A DNA stretch of 30,828 nt from Coleofasciculaceae cyanobacterium CTOTU46609 (GTDB lineage: Bacteria; Cyanobacteriota; Cyanobacteriia; Cyanobacteriales; Coleofasciculaceae): the NCBI GenBank assembly GCA_031970015.1, contig DALYJE010000026.1, forward strand, positions 1 to 30,828, given 5' to 3'. Positions 28,501-30,828 of this stretch are shown here, one piece after another. Both the position numbers and the translations under genes were made by a program. Within the stretch, counting starts at the first letter, position 1. Each line of letters starts with the position of its first letter. The notes below the pieces were generated by a model, which saw nothing but the letters and a program-made list of their open reading frames with translations, was not told where the DNA came from and made no database searches.

Positions 28501-29914
28501 CTCGTTCTCGCAGCGTTGCCTCGGCTTGCTTGCGATCGCTGATATCGGTGTTAGAGCCTACCATGCGCACGGGGACTCCTCGTTCATCCCATACAGCCTG
28601 TCCTCTGCCCAAAATCCACTTATAACTGCCATCTTTGCACCGCAAGCGATGCTCAACGGCGTAATGGGGAATTTGGCGATCGAGGTAAGCTTGTTTGGTG
28701 GTCATCACTCGGTCGATATCCTCGGGATGGATGCGATCGAGCCATTCATTATTGTTATTTTCTATTTCGTGGTCTTCATAACCCAACATTTCTTTCCAAC
28801 GGGTGGATCGAAAGATTTCTCCAGTAATTAGGTTCAAGTCCCATATTCCGTCATTATTGCCCTTGAGGACTAACTGCCAGCGTTCTTCAAGTTGTCGAAT
28901 GGCAGCCTCTGCCTGTTTGCGTTCTCGTGCTTCAATGGCTAACGAAACTAAATCTGCCAGGGAGCGGGCGAAGTTCTGGTCTTCTGGCGTCCAGTGACGA
29001 GCAGCACCGACCTGTTCTAAGCATATAACTCCTGCCGTTTGCCCCTTGATCTGGATGGGCGTATCCAGCATGGAGGCAATGCCTAAGGGGGTCAAATAAG
29101 ACTCGGAAAATTCTCGGGTTCTCGGATCGGTGTGAGCGTCATCTGCTGCGATCAGCTGGTCTTGCTGTAAGGCTTGAAAATAGGTTGGATAGTTTGTTGC
29201 TAGCAGTTCAATGCCTGCACTATGCTGGTTACCACTCTTCTCAAATAAGTCAAGGCACTTAATTTTACTACCTGTGTCATCATAGATCCATATGCTAGAG
29301 CGTTCGACATCGATATTATAAGCACTAGCTTCTGTAATCTCTTGTAAAGCAGCTGGAAAATTTCCCTGATTTAAAGCTGGACTTTTGGCTAGTTGTGCCA
29401 AACTTAGGTTGTGATTGCGTAGCTTATGGGCACTCTCTGCCAAGGCTTCTTGGGCGCGTTGGCGTTCTGAGATTTCCCGTTGCAGTTGTAGGGTTTGTTC
29501 CCGCAGCGATAACCGCTGGCGCACGATGGTTAACTGATTTTCTACACGGGCTATGACCTCTTCAATTTGAATTGGTTTGCTAATGTAATCGACACCACCG
29601 ACGCTAAAGGCTTTTACCTTATCCAACCCCTCATCGAGCGCACTTAAGAAGATCACCGGAATCTCGCAGGTAGTTTCGCTGGCTTTGAGTTGTTGGCAAA
29701 CTTCATAGCCATTCAGATCGGGCATCATGATATCGAGCAAAATTAGATCTGGCGGATCGCAACGGGCTACAGTCAAAGCTAGTTTGCCGTTAATGACTCG
29801 ACGAACTTCATAGCCGTACTGTGTAAGCAGTGAGGATAGCAGGTGCAAGTTTTCCGGGACATCATCAACGATTAAGATGTCTCCTTTCGGTTGGGAAGTG
29901 CGATCGCTAACCAT
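25514..29914 (-). CDS. multidomain hybrid sensor histidine kinase (REC, coiled coil, GAF, PAS x3-4, GAF, HisKA, HATPase_c, REC, conserved C-terminal module)
   Basis: N-terminal receiver ILIVDDVPENL...LLDIMMPDLNGY. The H-box is MSHELRTPLNAILGF. G-boxes GTGLGL are present. The C-terminal receiver is ILVVDD...FMDMRMPVMDGY. ATG start. It overlaps the upstream gene's stop by 8 nt. Confidence 0.9.
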   Translation of the reverse strand: MVSDRTSQPKGDILIVDDVPENLHLLSSLLTQYGYEVRRVINGKLALTVARCDPPDLILLDIMMPDLNGYEVCQQLKASETTCEIPVIFLSALDEGLDKVKAFSVGGVDYISKPIQIEEVIARVENQLTIVRQRLSLREQTLQLQREISERQRAQEALAESAHKLRNHNLSLAQLAKSPALNQGNFPAALQEITEASAYNIDVERSSIWIYDDTGSKIKCLDLFEKSGNQHSAGIELLATNYPTYFQALQQDQLIAADDAHTDPRTREFSESYLTPLGIASMLDTPIQIKGQTAGVICLEQVGAARHWTPEDQNFARSLADLVSLAIEARERKQAEAAIRQLEERWQLVLKGNNDGIWDLNLITGEIFRSTRWKEMLGYEDHEIENNNNEWLDRIHPEDIDRVMTTKQAYLDRQIPHYAVEHRLRCKDGSYKWILGRGQAVWDERGVPVRMVGSNTDISDRKQAEATLREREERFRTLVSNIPGAVYRCLCDADWTMAFISSAILEISGYPPNDFINNQVRTFASIIHPDDRHQVQRIVWESVANRQPFLIDYRMMRADGSIAWVYEKGRGIFDATGVLLWLDGVIFDISDKKQAEAALSESEQRFRAIFNSSFQFTAVLQPDGTLLDANQTALDFAGSELSEAVGSPFWETRWWTEPGKRKKTSKYPRKNAPRLSPKQQQLQEAITRAAAGSIVRYEVDIRGAGYTFTTIDFSVKPVLDSSHNVMFLVAEGRDITERKQAEETLRQMAQRERAIAKVIQRMRQTLDIEAIFTATTQELRQVINCDRVVVYRFNPDWSGEFVAESVGGKWISLMRQQHYDATFTENTLEDSLCHVKNLTSIDDLVRDTYLQDTKGGAYRQGVNYLCVPDIYQAEFPSCYVQLLEQFQARAYVTVPIFCRSQLWGLLATYQNSGARQWKTAEINIVVQIGNQLGVALQQAELLEETQRQSTALQQAVYAADAANRAKSEFLANMSHELRTPLNAILGFTQIMNRDSSLSAKHQQYLGIINRAGEHLLDLINDVLEMSKIEAGRIALSENCFSLIHLLDSVKQMFRLRAESKGLKLIFEIAPNLPDYIKTDEGKLRSCLINLLSNAIKFTNKGHVFLRAKLPKNNQQPTTNNQQQTTIIFEIEDTGSGIAPTEIDLLFEPFGQTETGRKSQQGTGLGLPISRKFVQLMGGDISISSILGKGSIFTFNIQVALTEAINVETTPTKCQVTGLAPNQPDYRILVVDDRFESRLVVVALFTSIGFLVREAENGREAIALWATWQPHLIFMDMRMPVMDGYEATRYIKAREQERVRDEEFPTQNSHVTGQASLATITYHQLPRPKTKIIALTASTFEDQRQMILSAGCDDFVGKPFREEVLLEKVSQHLGAIYVWEEQTINTQSASQNTPEMMTSAEIKRYFAQLPTQWVVQLHNAAMACNDELVLGLVAQIPQEYASLIEALKDLVNNFQFEEIIDLTASPE
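26551..26578. repeat. heptanucleotide microsatellite (GTTGGTT)x4 with degenerate extension, inside the kinase HATPase_c coding region
   Basis: Read directly. On the coding strand it is AACCAAC repeats, giving the NNQQPTTNNQQQTT insertion. Confidence 0.85.
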
Positions 29915-30828
29915 TACTTATTAAATCAATTATTTCATCAAGACGGAAATCGTTAACTTTCTGGCCTATCCCTTCAGCTAGAGCCGCATATTCTGAAGGA
30001 ATTTGCTCAATCAGCTTCCAAATGTCTTTTTCTCTAGCCGAAACTGCGGCAGCATAAAGCTTAGCAACCCATTCAGCAGGCATCTGGGCTAAAGCTTCCT
30101 TTAAACAGGGTACGCTAGGTGATGCTAAATTTGCTTTGAATTCGCCATTGGCCGTTTGGGGTTCATCATGTAAGGGAGCTGGTTCTTCGTAAATATAGTG
30201 CACCCCTAAATATTGAGACATTTTCTCCAAAATTTCTTCCTCTCGGAACGGCTTGCGTACAAAATCGTTACATCCAGCAGACAAGGCCAGGTGGTAGTCT
30301 TGTTCAAAAGCGTTAGCTGTCAAGGCGATAATGGTGGTTTGAGGCTGGGGAGTCGTGGGGGACAACTCATGATGTCTAATCTGCTTAGTCGCCTGGTAGC
30401 CATCCATCACGGGCATTCGTATATCCATCCAAATTAGGTGTGGTTGCCAACTTGACCATAAGGCTATAGCATCTTGACCATTTTCCGCTTCTCGCACTGT
30501 AAAACCTGCCGTTGTGAGGAGATGAACTAATAACAGGCGGCTTTCCCAACAATCCTCAACCACCAAGATGCGATAGTTGGGTTGGCGAGGTGCTAGGGCA
30601 ATTGCTTGACGCTGGGGTTGTGTGGCCTGAATCTCAGCCGCTTTTCCCAGGCTAACCTGAATATCGAATTGAAAAATCGCTCCTTGGCCTAATTTACACC
30701 TTACCGATATATCCCCTCCCATCAGTTGCACGAATTTGCGGCTAATGGCTAAGCCTAATCCCGTGCCTTGCTGAGATTTGCGCCCCGTTTCTGTTTGTCC
30801 AAAGGGTTCAAACAGGAGATCGATTTCT
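29907..30828 (-). CDS. hybrid histidine kinase paralogue, 3' portion (end of HATPase_c, REC, conserved C-terminal module). The 5' end lies beyond the window.
   Basis: The listed start at 30731 is an internal GTG. The frame stays open to the window edge. Nucleotides 30732..30828 are homologous to 26400..26480 of the neighbouring kinase (G2 box GTGLGL region). Confidence 0.8.
   Translation of the reverse strand, partial: EIDLLFEPFGQTETGRKSQQGTGLGLAISRKFVQLMGGDISVRCKLGQGAIFQFDIQVSLGKAAEIQATQPQRQAIALAPRQPNYRILVVEDCWESRLLLVHLLTTAGFTVREAENGQDAIALWSSWQPHLIWMDIRMPVMDGYQATKQIRHHELSPTTPQPQTTIIALTANAFEQDYHLALSAGCNDFVRKPFREEEILEKMSQYLGVHYIYEEPAPLHDEPQTANGEFKANLASPSVPCLKEALAQMPAEWVAKLYAAAVSAREKDIWKLIEQIPSEYAALAEGIGQKVNDFRLDEIIDLISNG

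Noticed and set aside
26055-28997. Small plus-strand ORFs inside the hybrid kinase gene
   Set aside because: Antisense, nested, and no features.
1-30828. Search for integrase, transposase, tRNA or CRISPR as island hallmarks
   Set aside because: None recognised in any frame. Island hypotheses rest only on repeats and composition.

Overview
The window looks like a cyanobacterial chromosome segment. The HIP1 octamer GCGATCGC recurs throughout both genes and spacers, the GC content is moderate, and genes mostly lack strong Shine-Dalgarno sequences.

Gene content, left to right:
- An AT-rich control region carrying a perfect inverted repeat and a TTGACA promoter.
- A 1169-aa pentapeptide-repeat/RTX calcium-binding protein. 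It contains three near-identical 243-bp tandem modules.
- A second RTX protein of 416 aa.
- A GT4 glycosyltransferase fused to a parvulin-like domain, followed 3 nt later by a 288-aa hypothetical protein.
- A minus-strand block: class V aminotransferase, a full-length major vault protein (MVP) homologue, a SIMPL/DUF541 lipoprotein, and the PcrA/UvrD helicase.
- A Ser/Thr kinase with WG-type beta repeats, an SGNH hydrolase, and the MTA phosphorylase MtnP.
- A compositionally foreign AT-rich gene encoding a DUF262 (ParB/GmrS-like) plus HNH nuclease protein. It is a likely horizontally acquired defence gene.
- A 1046-aa membrane protein built from about seven helical repeats of roughly 100 aa.
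- Two tandem paralogous hybrid histidine kinases. The second is cut by the window end.

The bacterial vault-protein homologue is the most striking element. Copies of a short repeat family (core CCCGCCCCTACAGATAT) bracket the MVP-SIMPL pair. Two perfect 28-mers also bracket the first 13.9 kb. A heptanucleotide microsatellite lies inside the kinase ATPase domain. No tRNA, rRNA, CRISPR array, integrase or transposase was recognised.
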